IMG/VR virus record: IMGVR_UViG_3300009566_000070
Location: 1 to 46,136 of that record
DNA: 46,136 nt
Origin: a virus
Taxonomy: Duplodnaviria > Caudoviricetes
Reading direction: 5' to 3' (one strand)
The translations under genes and the position numbers were made by a program. Numbering within the stretch: the stretch's first letter is position 1; each line of letters begins with the position of its first letter. Below are positions 1 through 9,584 of this stretch, piece by piece. Below the pieces are notes generated by a model. That model worked only from the letters and a program-made list of their open reading frames with translations, was not told the DNA's origin and made no database searches.

Positions 1-999
1 TCATATTTCTCCCCGGAGAGGACTGCCGGCGGCAAGCTTTTCCGCGACAAGCGTCAGGAAATCGCCGGCCGAATATTCTCCGCGATAATGATAGTCCGGG
101 ACCATACCGTTCCGGATAAAGTTCAGATCTATATTTTCCGGAGCGTCGAAGACTTTTACAAAACGTTCATCATAAAACGGATGCGATACCGCCGCGGCGT
201 CGTTTGTCAGTATTTTTTTATTGTAAACGACCGCCTCGGCCATCCGGAGTGTCGGGCCCACACCCGGTTCCTGAAGTATTTCCAGAATACATCTGCTGCG
301 TCGCATCCGTTTGAGCAATTCCTTGTAAGGCAGCCAATGATTATAGTTGATGTCGCCGGCACGGTGCATGCGGCTTCTGCCGACACCCACAATGTGAAAA
401 TCGCATCGTATGCCGTTATGGGTTAAAAATTCATACGTCTGGAGTATTTTATTCAATCTGTTTTTATCCCGGCCGGCAAAGAAAACATCGGTGTCGCCAT
501 CATGATGATCCGCCGCTGTGTCCCGGGGGATTTTTGAGTAAATGTGTTTACAGGCGTGCCATCTGTATAAATCGGCGTCATGGGCAAAGACGGTGAATAT
601 CGAGTCATAAAAATGATTGCAGAATTCGGGACTCAATGTCATCACCGAGGAAGGATTCATTGCATATAACACAAGTTTGGCCCTGAATTTATTTCTGATG
701 TGTTTCAGGAAGGCTTCGTCCCCGGCGTGGGCGTTGGAGTCGAAGAAAATGAAACAAATCTCACTTCCTCTGGATATGGGAGCGTCGCAAAAATAACTTT
801 TAAAACGGATGGCGGGGAAGAAGGAAAATTTTGTCTCCTCGCTTAATTTCTGGAATAAGAAATCCAGCAGTTTGCCGAACTTGGATTTCAAATTATTCGG
901 TCTGTTTATAAAAACGACTTCTCCTCTGTTGTCAATAATTTCGGCGCACATGACTTCGCAGTATTCATGAGCGTTTCCCATGATGACGAATTTTGTCAA
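1..999 (-). CDS. Host glycosyltransferase-like / surface polysaccharide biosynthesis protein
   Basis: C-terminal GT-B-like segment (FFAGRDKNR...SRCILEI...GPTLRMAEAVVYNKKILTND). Start placed at TTG 999 behind AAGG; the longer ORF-track start overlaps the tRNA promoter. Confidence 0.55.
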   Translation of the reverse strand: MTKFVIMGNAHEYCEVMCAEIIDNRGEVVFINRPNNLKSKFGKLLDFLFQKLSEETKFSFFPAIRFKSYFCDAPISRGSEICFIFFDSNAHAGDEAFLKHIRNKFRAKLVLYAMNPSSVMTLSPEFCNHFYDSIFTVFAHDADLYRWHACKHIYSKIPRDTAADHHDGDTDVFFAGRDKNRLNKILQTYEFLTHNGIRCDFHIVGVGRSRMHRAGDINYNHWLPYKELLKRMRRSRCILEILQEPGVGPTLRMAEAVVYNKKILTNDAAAVSHPFYDERFVKVFDAPENIDLNFIRNGMVPDYHYRGEYSAGDFLTLVAEKLAAGSPLRGEI

Positions 1000-1118
1000 A
1001 GCGATTGCCTTTCCCGTTCGATGCTGACCGGAATTTGCCGTGTGAAACCCTTGAAATAATATAACTTCCTGGAAACAATGCAAGAAAAAAACAAACGTAA
1101 GGAGGGTAAGAAAACTTG

Positions 1119-1147
1119 TTGACATAAAATGTCAATCGCATTATAAA
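1119..1147 (+). promoter_or_regulatory. Sigma70-type promoter for tRNA-Gln
   Basis: TTGACA (1119-1124), 17 bp, TATAAA (1142-1147). The -35 is part of a palindrome TTGACA-N5-TGTCAA. Confidence 0.65.
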
Positions 1148-1212
1148 GACGCGGTTTTGAAAAAGGTTCCCGAAAGGGGGCTGAATGTAAAGCGCTCTTC
1201 AATATATCCTGC

Positions 1213-1286
1213 TGGGGAATCGTTCAATGGTAGGACAACGGACTCTGACTCCGTTTATATAGGTTCGAATCCTGTTTCCCCAGCCA
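1213..1286 (+). tRNA. tRNA-Gln(CTG), probable prophage attachment site
   Basis: Cloverleaf TGGGGAA...TTCCCCA-GCCA, anticodon arm ACGGA-CT-CTG-AC-TCCGT, T-loop GGTTCGAATCC, encoded CCA. Confidence 0.97.
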
Positions 1287-1357
1287 TAAAATCAACTACT
1301 TACGTATTATCGAAAAATAAGAAAACATCTACAAACATCTACATTTTCCCATATTTT

Positions 1358-3718
1358 TCATCCCACAGCGAAATCGAGACCGAATGAAATACTGGCTGCT
1401 TCCTCGATTGTTTTGGATTTCAGGATGCTTAATCCGGTATATTGTACCGGACTCACGGCCGCTTTTTCAACGACGGAAATGCTGTACAAAATGACTTTTC
1501 CACCCGTTGATATCAATGCGCCGATTTTTCCGCCGAGATCGACCAATTTATAAGCATCCGGATACGTCGATACCGTCTTGACGGTCAATGTTTTGATCGA
1601 TGTAAATTTGTCATCCGATGACAAATCGTAAGCGAATATTTTGAACGTAAAGGGAGCGGAATAGGAAGCGTTCGTGCCGCTTACTACCGCGGCGTAAGCA
1701 ATATCATCGATCACGATAACACTGTACGCCTCATCTACGGATGACATCGTCATCGTTCCCAGTGATTGCCAGTTTCCATCGAGCATTTTAACGACTCTTC
1801 CGAAAGTATATTTATCATCGACCAGCAGAAAATTATTTTCATACCTGATCATTTCTATGGGGCCAGTGGGAACCCCGAACAGTGACCATTGATACGTCCA
1901 GAAAGAACACCCAATGATGGCGCCGGTCGAGATATTCACCTGGATAAATCCCGCGAGATAACTGATCGAATGGAACCCGGCCAGGGCGACACAAGGGATA
2001 TAAATAATATCGGCAGAATATCCGAAGCACGGCTTGCCGAATGACGAAAATGAGACATGAGCTTTAACATAACCGAGCGAAGCAAAATGGTCCGCGATAT
2101 AATCCTGCCAGACCGGGATAACCGTCTTTGATATTTGCTCAAATGTTCCGTCGTTTTTGTATAACGTCAGATTCAGGTCGGCCATGTTTCCGCTGCCGTC
2201 TACCCAGGACGGCTCCAGAACGGCTATCTTAGAACGGTCTGACGGAATCTGTATTTTGCTCAGATTAATCAAATTAATTTTTAAATCAGATTTAAAGACG
2301 CCATTGATTTTATATTGCCGAAAATATTCCGTTCCGACAAGATTCTCATCCTGACATAGAATATTTGCATACAGAAACGCACCGAGGCGCGGATTACTCT
2401 CAAAGCCGATCACCTTCGGATAGTTCCAATTCTGATTTGTAAATTCTACGACAACGCGATCTCCCTCGACAAAAGCATCCCCGTTTACGCCGTCCATGTA
2501 TTCGATCGGAACATTGGAAAGGCAAACGCCTGGCCGGTACCATGTCCGTCCGGTCTGCCGCGCCTTATCGGTATAAGGAATAACGCTATCAAGCATCGGA
2601 AGGGGATAATTAAGATCAAGCGCGTAATCATCCAGGTCCGTCTGGACGATCAAATAGGCATGCCCGTCGCCCATCGATGTTTTGCACGTGACCAGTTTCA
2701 GCGCTCCGATCGGATATCCTTTGTCGAGCATTTTTTGAAGTTTGGTCAGGGCGAAATCCTCGCAGTCTCCGGACTGCCCGTCTTTCATGTATGTCCAATA
2801 TTCCGGGGCGCCGTACTGATAAATATCTTTTTGATAAGTATGCCCGTTATTCACGGAACTGTTGATCTCCGTCATGTCGGCGATCAGCTGCTGAGACCAC
2901 GGGATCGTCGTATCATCGCTATTGGTTACGATCGGATCGGACGGATTCCTGTCACAGAACGAAGAAAACCCGCTCGATCGCTCTCCGAGATCCTGCTGAC
3001 ACTTTGGCGCGTTTTGATTGATTTTTAATCCCTGGACCGAGCTCGATGCCTCATCGATGCAAACATCGCACAGATCATTATTATACAATGTCTTAATTTC
3101 TCCGACCCGGTAAGTCGGTTTCCATTTTTGCCAGCCCGCCATGACGGCCAGATTATAAAATATTCCGGCCGCGCTTGATGCCTGCGTTCTTTGAATCAAT
3201 GATGATCTGAGTTTATCATTGCTTCCACCCGGGTAAACTAATAATTGTTTAGTCTCTCCGTTGATTTCAATCGTTCCGACTTCAGCGCCGGCGGCCAGAT
3301 CGGTCGTATAATCGGCGCACCATATCGCGTCCCTCGTTTCGACAACAAGGGCGGCCTGTAAAAGCGCTTTTTCCTTCGTCTTGGATTCTTTTTCCTGCAG
3401 CAGAAGGGAATAATTAACTTCCGCCGCCTGGTAAGCCGATTGTGCCTTGATAAATTCCGCGTGAGCCTTGTTGACATCGCCCTGTTCGTTCAACTTTAGA
3501 GAATAAGTGTAAATAGCGCTATTAAACGCCGCCAGTTTATCCTCTAAAATTGACTGAGCCGCACTTTTAACAGACAGGGCTTCCGGTATTGTCTTTGCGA
3601 GAATAGTCAACCTGGTTGTGATTGCAGCTATATTATCCGTGATTTTGGAAGTGCTCTTGATCAGCTCGATATTGTAAAGCCCCTTGGAGCCTCCGGAAAG
3701 GATTTTAGCTTTTCCCAT
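1358..3718 (-). CDS. Tail-end virion protein with coiled coil, transglutaminase-like cysteine protease (BTLCP/LapG-like) domain and beta-rich C-terminus
   Basis: Last gene of the tail operon; GDCEDFALTK...GHAYLIVQT...YALD matches the Cys-His-Asp pattern of peptidase C93. Confidence 0.7.
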   Translation of the reverse strand: MGKAKILSGGSKGLYNIELIKSTSKITDNIAAITTRLTILAKTIPEALSVKSAAQSILEDKLAAFNSAIYTYSLKLNEQGDVNKAHAEFIKAQSAYQAAEVNYSLLLQEKESKTKEKALLQAALVVETRDAIWCADYTTDLAAGAEVGTIEINGETKQLLVYPGGSNDKLRSSLIQRTQASSAAGIFYNLAVMAGWQKWKPTYRVGEIKTLYNNDLCDVCIDEASSSVQGLKINQNAPKCQQDLGERSSGFSSFCDRNPSDPIVTNSDDTTIPWSQQLIADMTEINSSVNNGHTYQKDIYQYGAPEYWTYMKDGQSGDCEDFALTKLQKMLDKGYPIGALKLVTCKTSMGDGHAYLIVQTDLDDYALDLNYPLPMLDSVIPYTDKARQTGRTWYRPGVCLSNVPIEYMDGVNGDAFVEGDRVVVEFTNQNWNYPKVIGFESNPRLGAFLYANILCQDENLVGTEYFRQYKINGVFKSDLKINLINLSKIQIPSDRSKIAVLEPSWVDGSGNMADLNLTLYKNDGTFEQISKTVIPVWQDYIADHFASLGYVKAHVSFSSFGKPCFGYSADIIYIPCVALAGFHSISYLAGFIQVNISTGAIIGCSFWTYQWSLFGVPTGPIEMIRYENNFLLVDDKYTFGRVVKMLDGNWQSLGTMTMSSVDEAYSVIVIDDIAYAAVVSGTNASYSAPFTFKIFAYDLSSDDKFTSIKTLTVKTVSTYPDAYKLVDLGGKIGALISTGGKVILYSISVVEKAAVSPVQYTGLSILKSKTIEEAASISFGLDFAVG

Positions 3719-3722
3719 GTCA

Positions 3723-5150
3723 TCACGCTTCCGTCACCTGCATGGTCGCCTGCCGGTCGTTTACGATATAGGATATCTGGCCGACAATAACGATATCGTC
3801 ATTATATGTTGCCAGATCTCCGACGCGGAGAAACAAATCGGGATCCGCCCGGAACGTGCGTTTTCCATCTTCCTGCAGCCCGTAATAAGAGACATTCGTC
3901 AATTCGCGGTATTTTGATGCCGTCGATGAAATCGTTTTATGGCCGGTAATCGTCGCGGAATCGTTGCGGCCGCCGCGCATGATTTGCAGACTTTCATAAT
4001 CCGCCCTGCAGATCTCTTCGGCGTTGATCGTGCCATCGGCAAACTTGTATCCTTTTTTGACAACGATATCGCCGTTCGTCCGGGCGAGAATGTCCTCGAT
4101 ATAGGCCAGGGAGTTCGGAATGACACAGGACAGATAAGAAGGATCTCCGTCCCGCTGGATCGATTGGAAAGAAGAAATCGGAATGGCCAGGTCATCCAGT
4201 CCGTCAGCCGATCCTTCCAGGATACAAAGATACACAACCTGCATTTTGTATAGCTCGGAGACGGGCGGAACCCACGTATACGACGGATTTCTTGCCGCGA
4301 CGGCGACCGACGATACAGGAATCGGATACGGACCGGAACCGATTGACGGGACTTTCCCCTCTATGGATATTCCCGCGACGGGAACATCGTTGAATCGGTA
4401 CGGCGCAAATGCCTGTATTCCTATTCCCGCGGAAGGGATTCCATAAACATTATAATGCGGAGATTTCCCGGATATGCCGATGCCTGCTGCCGGAATGAGC
4501 GATCTTTCCCCGGACAGAGACGGCGGCGACGTTGGCGGTATAAAATCATCATCCCACAACGCGGAGCCCGTTACCTCGAGAGCGTCGATATTAAACTGAT
4601 CCCCGGACTGCGACATGATTCCCGCAAAATTTATTGCCGGCAACGCACTGGACAGCGTAACTTCCGCAACCTTGACGCCGGCGATAAAAAGCATGACGGA
4701 TAGACCTTGAACGACAATCGCGGCGTGCTTTTCTTCGTCTATCGACAGATCCGGAAACGTGACCGATTGAATGAAGGAATGGACGACATCGTAAACAAGC
4801 AACATGAATCCGGACCCGTATATATTATGGCCGAACCCGATTGCCGCCTGGAGACCGGATTCATTCAATCCTTCCAGGACAATATATTCTGATGTTCCGG
4901 ACGCATCGAGAATCGCCGGCCGGATAAAACCATGGGCCGTTATATCGCCCGATATCGCATTGATTTGATAAGCCAGCGTGGACAGTTCCGAAGGCGTTAC
5001 ACCGACCAGCAGCGATCCCGCCCCGAATTTTGACCAGGACGTATCTATCTCGCAGTTCTGCGATCCGTACGGAGATATTCCGTTTGCCTCTTCGGTAAAA
5101 TTTACGGATCCGTCCGATCCGTTAAAATTAAGAATAAGTTCCTGTGCCAT
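3723..5150 (-). CDS. Tail protein with N-terminal LamG/concanavalin A-like domain
   Basis: LNFNGSDGS..F, KFGAGSL, HAAIV...LFIAG, IDALEVT...F.PP pattern; located after the tape measure gene. Confidence 0.6.
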   Translation of the reverse strand: MAQELILNFNGSDGSVNFTEEANGISPYGSQNCEIDTSWSKFGAGSLLVGVTPSELSTLAYQINAISGDITAHGFIRPAILDASGTSEYIVLEGLNESGLQAAIGFGHNIYGSGFMLLVYDVVHSFIQSVTFPDLSIDEEKHAAIVVQGLSVMLFIAGVKVAEVTLSSALPAINFAGIMSQSGDQFNIDALEVTGSALWDDDFIPPTSPPSLSGERSLIPAAGIGISGKSPHYNVYGIPSAGIGIQAFAPYRFNDVPVAGISIEGKVPSIGSGPYPIPVSSVAVAARNPSYTWVPPVSELYKMQVVYLCILEGSADGLDDLAIPISSFQSIQRDGDPSYLSCVIPNSLAYIEDILARTNGDIVVKKGYKFADGTINAEEICRADYESLQIMRGGRNDSATITGHKTISSTASKYRELTNVSYYGLQEDGKRTFRADPDLFLRVGDLATYNDDIVIVGQISYIVNDRQATMQVTEA

Positions 5151-5165
5151 TTTACGACGGCCTTA

Positions 5166-5642
5166 TTATAATTTTGCCCAAGTGACAATCCCGTTCGGAT
5201 TCCATTGCACCGTATAATTAACACCGGATATGATAATGTCCGCCGGTTCCGTATCGAATGTGATATACCCGATCAACGGATTGACAATGGCCGGGGATAA
5301 GATCGTTTTCTCAACATATAAAATGCCGAATCGGAATGTGGCCGTCAGGTTCGGCCATACGACATCGTCGGCGTCGAATGTTTCGACCGCGGGAGAATCG
5401 ACAAGCGTAACGGATTGTCCGGTCAGGGCTTTTCCCCCGGCATCGTATCCATTGTCCGGGCTGGCCACTTCCGCAACTTCCGGAGACGGAGACGCCGTTA
5501 CATCCGCAAGGACATCATGCGCCGGATCCGGCGTGTAACCGGATGTCACAAGCATTAACTTCACCGTATCGATACTGAGATCGATGATTCCCTTAGCGTT
5601 GTAATCCATAATCTTATTATATAATGTAAATGAACTTGCCAT
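5166..5642 (-). CDS. Virion structural (tail) protein
   Basis: IDLSIDTVKLMLVTSGYTPD...GY.AGG..L...FDADDV.W motif typical of phage tail-associated proteins. Confidence 0.65.
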   Translation of the reverse strand: MASSFTLYNKIMDYNAKGIIDLSIDTVKLMLVTSGYTPDPAHDVLADVTASPSPEVAEVASPDNGYDAGGKALTGQSVTLVDSPAVETFDADDVVWPNLTATFRFGILYVEKTILSPAIVNPLIGYITFDTEPADIIISGVNYTVQWNPNGIVTWAKL

Positions 5643-5644
5643 GA

Positions 5645-6016
5645 TCAACCTCCCATATCTTCCGTTAAATTAATTACCATTACAGCAGCGCCGTACGCAT
5701 CCACGTAAGCGTCAGCGGGAACGCCCTTAAAAACCGATTCGTCCGTCGAGATGACAATTTCCGTGTACGTTTTGGCCATATACGCCATCCAGTCGACGAT
5801 TTCCCTGGGGCCGCCCGGAACCCTGATCGTGATATCTCGATCGCCTGGAGCGTATCCTGTGTCGTATACAGCCACGCCGCCGTCAAGCGTCGCCGTCCGG
5901 GATACGCGGCGCGACCATTTAAGATTTTCGTTCGATTTTTGCGGATCGAGAATTTCATCCGGAAAAATACGAAACCCGTTCAAATCGTAGACCAGCGTCG
6001 ATATTCCTATCATCAT
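5645..6016 (-). CDS. Distal-tail-like protein
   Basis: Immediately after tape measure; RRVSRTATLDGG motif. Confidence 0.55.
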   Translation of the reverse strand: MMIGISTLVYDLNGFRIFPDEILDPQKSNENLKWSRRVSRTATLDGGVAVYDTGYAPGDRDITIRVPGGPREIVDWMAYMAKTYTEIVISTDESVFKGVPADAYVDAYGAAVMVINLTEDMGG

Positions 6017-6024
6017 TCACTCCG

Positions 6025-8700
6025 TTAAATTCCGACCAGGAATTGAGATCCTTCGGCATTTGCCCGGACCTGGATCGATTTCAATATTTCAAACATAAAG
6101 GCTTCCAGTTGAGGCTGGAGTCCTTTCCCGTCTATTTCTATTAACGCGCTTCCCCTGTTCAGCGCGGCCGTTCTCGCGTTCATATTCGAGATCTGCGCCC
6201 TGACAAGATCCTCTTCCAGATCGAGCGCCCGGTCGCGCCTTTTCGATTCTTCAACGATCTGCTGTTCAATAAACGATTCCCCGCCCGCTTTGTTGCTTAA
6301 TATCGTCGTATAGGTTTCAAAAAGGGATGACATGGTTTTTCCGGTGTCGGATATCGTATTATTCACCGACGTAAAAGCCGCTTCGATGATCTTTGTCGCC
6401 GATTCGATCTGCGCGATATCGATCTTTGCTTTCCATTCAATCGATTTCTGGACGATTTCAGATTTTTCCCTGATTTCCGCCAGCGCCGTCTGTGTGATAT
6501 CCGGTTTGACGTCAACCTTTTTTTCGGAGGGAAACGCTTTATTGATTTCCGTCATGTTTTGGATGGTCGTCGTTCCGTCGAGTTCCGTCGTGATCTTCAT
6601 CACCTGGCCGCTGAACTTGCTGTAGACAACATTCTCGGTATCTTCGAAAGATTGTTTGTCCGGGCTGGCCTTGACGTAGACGGAAACCGCCGATTCATTT
6701 TTCATCTTGTTTGTGAATTGATCGACTTCTTTATCGTCGACCTTGATGGTCGTTTCCTTTTCGGACGGAATATCGTTGATGCTTTTTCCCGTATTTTTAA
6801 CCGACACCGTTGTTTTATCCGATTGCGTTTCAAGGGATGAAAAACCGGAAACGATCTTATCCAATCCGCGTGCCGCGTCGCTGCTGTTTTCGGTCATGGA
6901 TGCTTTGATAGAGGTGATACTTTCCGTGACGACGGCGCGAATGTTGTTAAAAGTTTCGCTGAACCTTCCCAGCGATCCGAGCGATAAAGCATTCAATACG
7001 CCGAGCACGTTTTCTTCGAGCTCAAGGACGACCAGCCGGACCTCATCGATGGCCTGCTGCAATCTGTTGAATACAAATTGAGTCCCGCCGGCAATGATAT
7101 TAAACAGTCCCGAAATTGTTAAACCGTACTGGTCTACGATCAGTCCCGCGGCAACAAGTCCGAGACCGAATGTCTCTATGGCCTTGGCCATGGCCATCAA
7201 TGTTCCGAGCATCCGCTGCGATTCTTCGTCCGAGTCGGCGACGGAAACAAGAAATTCTGTAAAGGCTGTAAACAATGGACGGAACCCGTCGACCATTCCT
7301 CTTGTGACCTCCACCAGTCCGGCGATTCCATCGATCAATTTCTGGATGAATTTATGCAGATCATCGACATTTGTCAGATCCATGTTGCCGAGATATTCGG
7401 CAAAAGCCCCGCCCAGGTCCTTTAAAGAAGCAATCAATTTGCTGAAATCCAGTCCCTTTAATGCTTCAGGAAGAGCCTTTGCGACGCCGGATATCCATGT
7501 CGATAATTGTTTCCCCGCCTCATCCATGTACGCGAACAGATCATCAAACGCGCCGGCATCGATCCCGACCTTGATGCCCGTGAGCAACTTGGAAAACGAC
7601 CCGGCAATATTGGCCGCGACCGGTTCAAGTTTGGTACCGACATCGATGAAAAGGGTTTTCGCGTTATTGATCAGCATCTGGCTTTGGTTCGCGAACGTGC
7701 CGACCATTTTTTTATACGCCGCTTCCGACGCGCCGGCGGAATTAGCGACCTGGTTCAGGGCATCGCGGAAAAACGCCATCCCGTCGCCGGTCAACTGCAT
7801 GACGCCGTTCATCGCGCGGACCTCGTTAAACAATTCGGTCATCTTGTCCGTGCTTCCGCCCGTCGCGGTCATGATCTTTGTAATCATTCCGGCGAATCCA
7901 TTCGCTTTTAAAGACGACGCGGAGAAATTCAACCCGAGTTCATTTGCCGCCTTTGCCGCTTCGGCGGACGGGGAAATGATTGTCGTAATCGCCGCCTTGA
8001 TGGCCGTAATGGCATCCGGCGTATTCATACCCTTGGCCGTCAACGTCGCGATGGCTGCCTGCAATTCCTCGAAACTAACGCCGGCGTTTGCCGCGATACC
8101 GACCACCTGTCCCATGCTTTGGCCGAGTTCATCGATGGTCTGCTTGCCGACAAGGGTTGACTGGAAAAAGACATCGTTCAAATGTCCGACATCCTTGACC
8201 GTGTATCCGTAGGCATTCATCGTGCCGGTCAGCAGATCCACGGTCGTATTCAGGTTCGCGTTATTCGCGACGGCCAGCTGTTCGGACTTGCTCATGAACT
8301 CCAGGGAATCGGTATATTTGACGCCGGCCTGGGCCGCGGTATACAGAGCGGCATTGATATCATCGATGGATTTGACGGAGGTGGTCGCGTAATCCAGTAT
8401 CTTCTGACGGTATTCCGACAGATCACTCCCGGTGGCGCTGACCGATGTTGAAATCAGGGCAAATCCCTGGTTGAAATTTTTCGATTCACGGATGGCCAGG
8501 GCAAGGCCGCCGACAACAAGCGCGGCCAGGGCGGCATCTACCTTAAAAACCGCATCCGCCGCTTTCGATAGCGGTTCCGTTACCTTACCCACCATAAAAT
8601 CAAAATCTTCAAACTTGGAAGCAATATTCTTCACGGACTTGATTAGATCCTTGTCCTGCCCTTCGAATATGATTTTTACTGTTTTTTCAAGGTCCGCCAT
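6025..8700 (-). CDS. Tail tape measure protein (TP901-like core)
   Basis: ~891 aa Ala/Gly-rich helical protein with a PhageMin_Tail-like core (GKQTIDELGQSMGQV...GVSFEEL). Start at MADLEK with GGAG SD. Confidence 0.9.
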   Translation of the reverse strand: MADLEKTVKIIFEGQDKDLIKSVKNIASKFEDFDFMVGKVTEPLSKAADAVFKVDAALAALVVGGLALAIRESKNFNQGFALISTSVSATGSDLSEYRQKILDYATTSVKSIDDINAALYTAAQAGVKYTDSLEFMSKSEQLAVANNANLNTTVDLLTGTMNAYGYTVKDVGHLNDVFFQSTLVGKQTIDELGQSMGQVVGIAANAGVSFEELQAAIATLTAKGMNTPDAITAIKAAITTIISPSAEAAKAANELGLNFSASSLKANGFAGMITKIMTATGGSTDKMTELFNEVRAMNGVMQLTGDGMAFFRDALNQVANSAGASEAAYKKMVGTFANQSQMLINNAKTLFIDVGTKLEPVAANIAGSFSKLLTGIKVGIDAGAFDDLFAYMDEAGKQLSTWISGVAKALPEALKGLDFSKLIASLKDLGGAFAEYLGNMDLTNVDDLHKFIQKLIDGIAGLVEVTRGMVDGFRPLFTAFTEFLVSVADSDEESQRMLGTLMAMAKAIETFGLGLVAAGLIVDQYGLTISGLFNIIAGGTQFVFNRLQQAIDEVRLVVLELEENVLGVLNALSLGSLGRFSETFNNIRAVVTESITSIKASMTENSSDAARGLDKIVSGFSSLETQSDKTTVSVKNTGKSINDIPSEKETTIKVDDKEVDQFTNKMKNESAVSVYVKASPDKQSFEDTENVVYSKFSGQVMKITTELDGTTTIQNMTEINKAFPSEKKVDVKPDITQTALAEIREKSEIVQKSIEWKAKIDIAQIESATKIIEAAFTSVNNTISDTGKTMSSLFETYTTILSNKAGGESFIEQQIVEESKRRDRALDLEEDLVRAQISNMNARTAALNRGSALIEIDGKGLQPQLEAFMFEILKSIQVRANAEGSQFLVGI

Positions 8701-8783
8701 AATGAGACTCCGAGAGGCCAAGTGTAGCGCCGGCCGATTGGTTAGTCGAATTATCCCCGTAGTGTAACGGACGGGGATAATGA
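8698..8783. repeat. Structured dispersed repeat (TAATGAG-stem-CGAATTA-hairpin), copy over tape measure start
   Basis: Near-identical to 13412-13495. Related copies at 9402-9484, 19445-19516, 25364-25452, 25670-25754 and, reversed, 27187-27266. Confidence 0.85.
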
Positions 8784-8789
8784 ATTCCT

Positions 8790-9404
8790 CTATTTCTTCC
8801 CACTCTTTTTCTGCAGATCCGCGTAAAACAAATCCCACAATAGAATTTCCAGGTCGCTCAAATAATCATAGGGCATAATGTCCGGACGGACCTGGTAGAG
8901 ATATGTTTTTTTATCGTAGCACAGCGCCAGGCTGGCCCTGATATCCGCGTCCGCCCAGAGGGCCTTGGCGTCCCGCTTGACCTCGGACCCTCTCCCGGTC
9001 AGTTTGAGAATCATATTTGTGATTTCGTAAAATTCGACAGGGAATTTTTCGCAGAGTTTAACGGCCGTTTCATGCTTAATGACCGGACCGATGCTCGCGA
9101 CGGTCATCATTTCCAGCCGCCTTACGATATCATGCGGCACGTCGTCGCCTAACCCGATGGATTTTTTCAGAGCGTCCACCTTATCCTTGGCGTTCGCAGA
9201 AATCAGGCCGTCGATAATCGTGGACACCGATTTATTTCTTTCGACGGCGCCGTTAATTTTTCCCTGTTCGTTTCCCGTCATGCCGCGCACTTTCCAGCGC
9301 GGTTTTTCATTTTCGGTAAAAAACGTTTTCAATTCCGGAACGTCTACAAAAGCGACACGCGGTTCCAGTTTTGCCCTCTCGAATTTCTTTTCGTCAAACG
9401 GCAT
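8790..9404 (-). CDS. Tail assembly chaperone (G and T parts apparently in one frame)
   Basis: Position between tail tube and tape measure; C-terminal RPD..P...LSDLE..LW..FY segment is T-like. Confidence 0.65.
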   Translation of the reverse strand: MPFDEKKFERAKLEPRVAFVDVPELKTFFTENEKPRWKVRGMTGNEQGKINGAVERNKSVSTIIDGLISANAKDKVDALKKSIGLGDDVPHDIVRRLEMMTVASIGPVIKHETAVKLCEKFPVEFYEITNMILKLTGRGSEVKRDAKALWADADIRASLALCYDKKTYLYQVRPDIMPYDYLSDLEILLWDLFYADLQKKSGKK

Positions 9405-9530
9405 AATGAGTCCTAGATTTTTTCAAGCTCTGCGATGAAAAAATCGTAGAGCGAATTACCACCAGCCGTCAGGCGTTGGTGGTTGAGCGTTCATTCATTC
9501 GGCGCAATCGGAGATCACGCCCTGCTTATT

Positions 9531-9558
9531 CTGGATTCCCGCCTCCGCGGGAATGACA
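9531..9558. repeat. REP-like palindrome CTGGATTCCCGC..GCGGGAATGACA
   Basis: Near-identical copy at 22233-22260; variants at about 20063-20086, 26043-26066, 26268-26289 and 31161-31191. Confidence 0.8.
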
Positions 9559-9584
9559 ATAGAGGCGGGAATCCATCACTTTTT

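Noticed and set aside
1157-1387. 76-aa + strand ORF
   Set aside because: Overlaps the tRNA-Gln gene.
7094-8212. Long + strand ORFs (also 22030-23157 and many shorter ones)
   Set aside because: Antisense shadows of well-supported - strand phage genes, with no recognisable motifs.
8698-8783. Hammerhead ribozyme (TGAG...CGAA resembles the core)
   Set aside because: The core would be AUAAUGA/GAAU rather than CUGAUGA/GAAA, no stem I is evident, and TAAT simply pairs with ATTA as a continuous stem.
8701-8838. 46-aa N-terminal extension of the tape measure protein
   Set aside because: It runs through the repeat element and overlaps the chaperone gene; the SD-supported start is at 8700.
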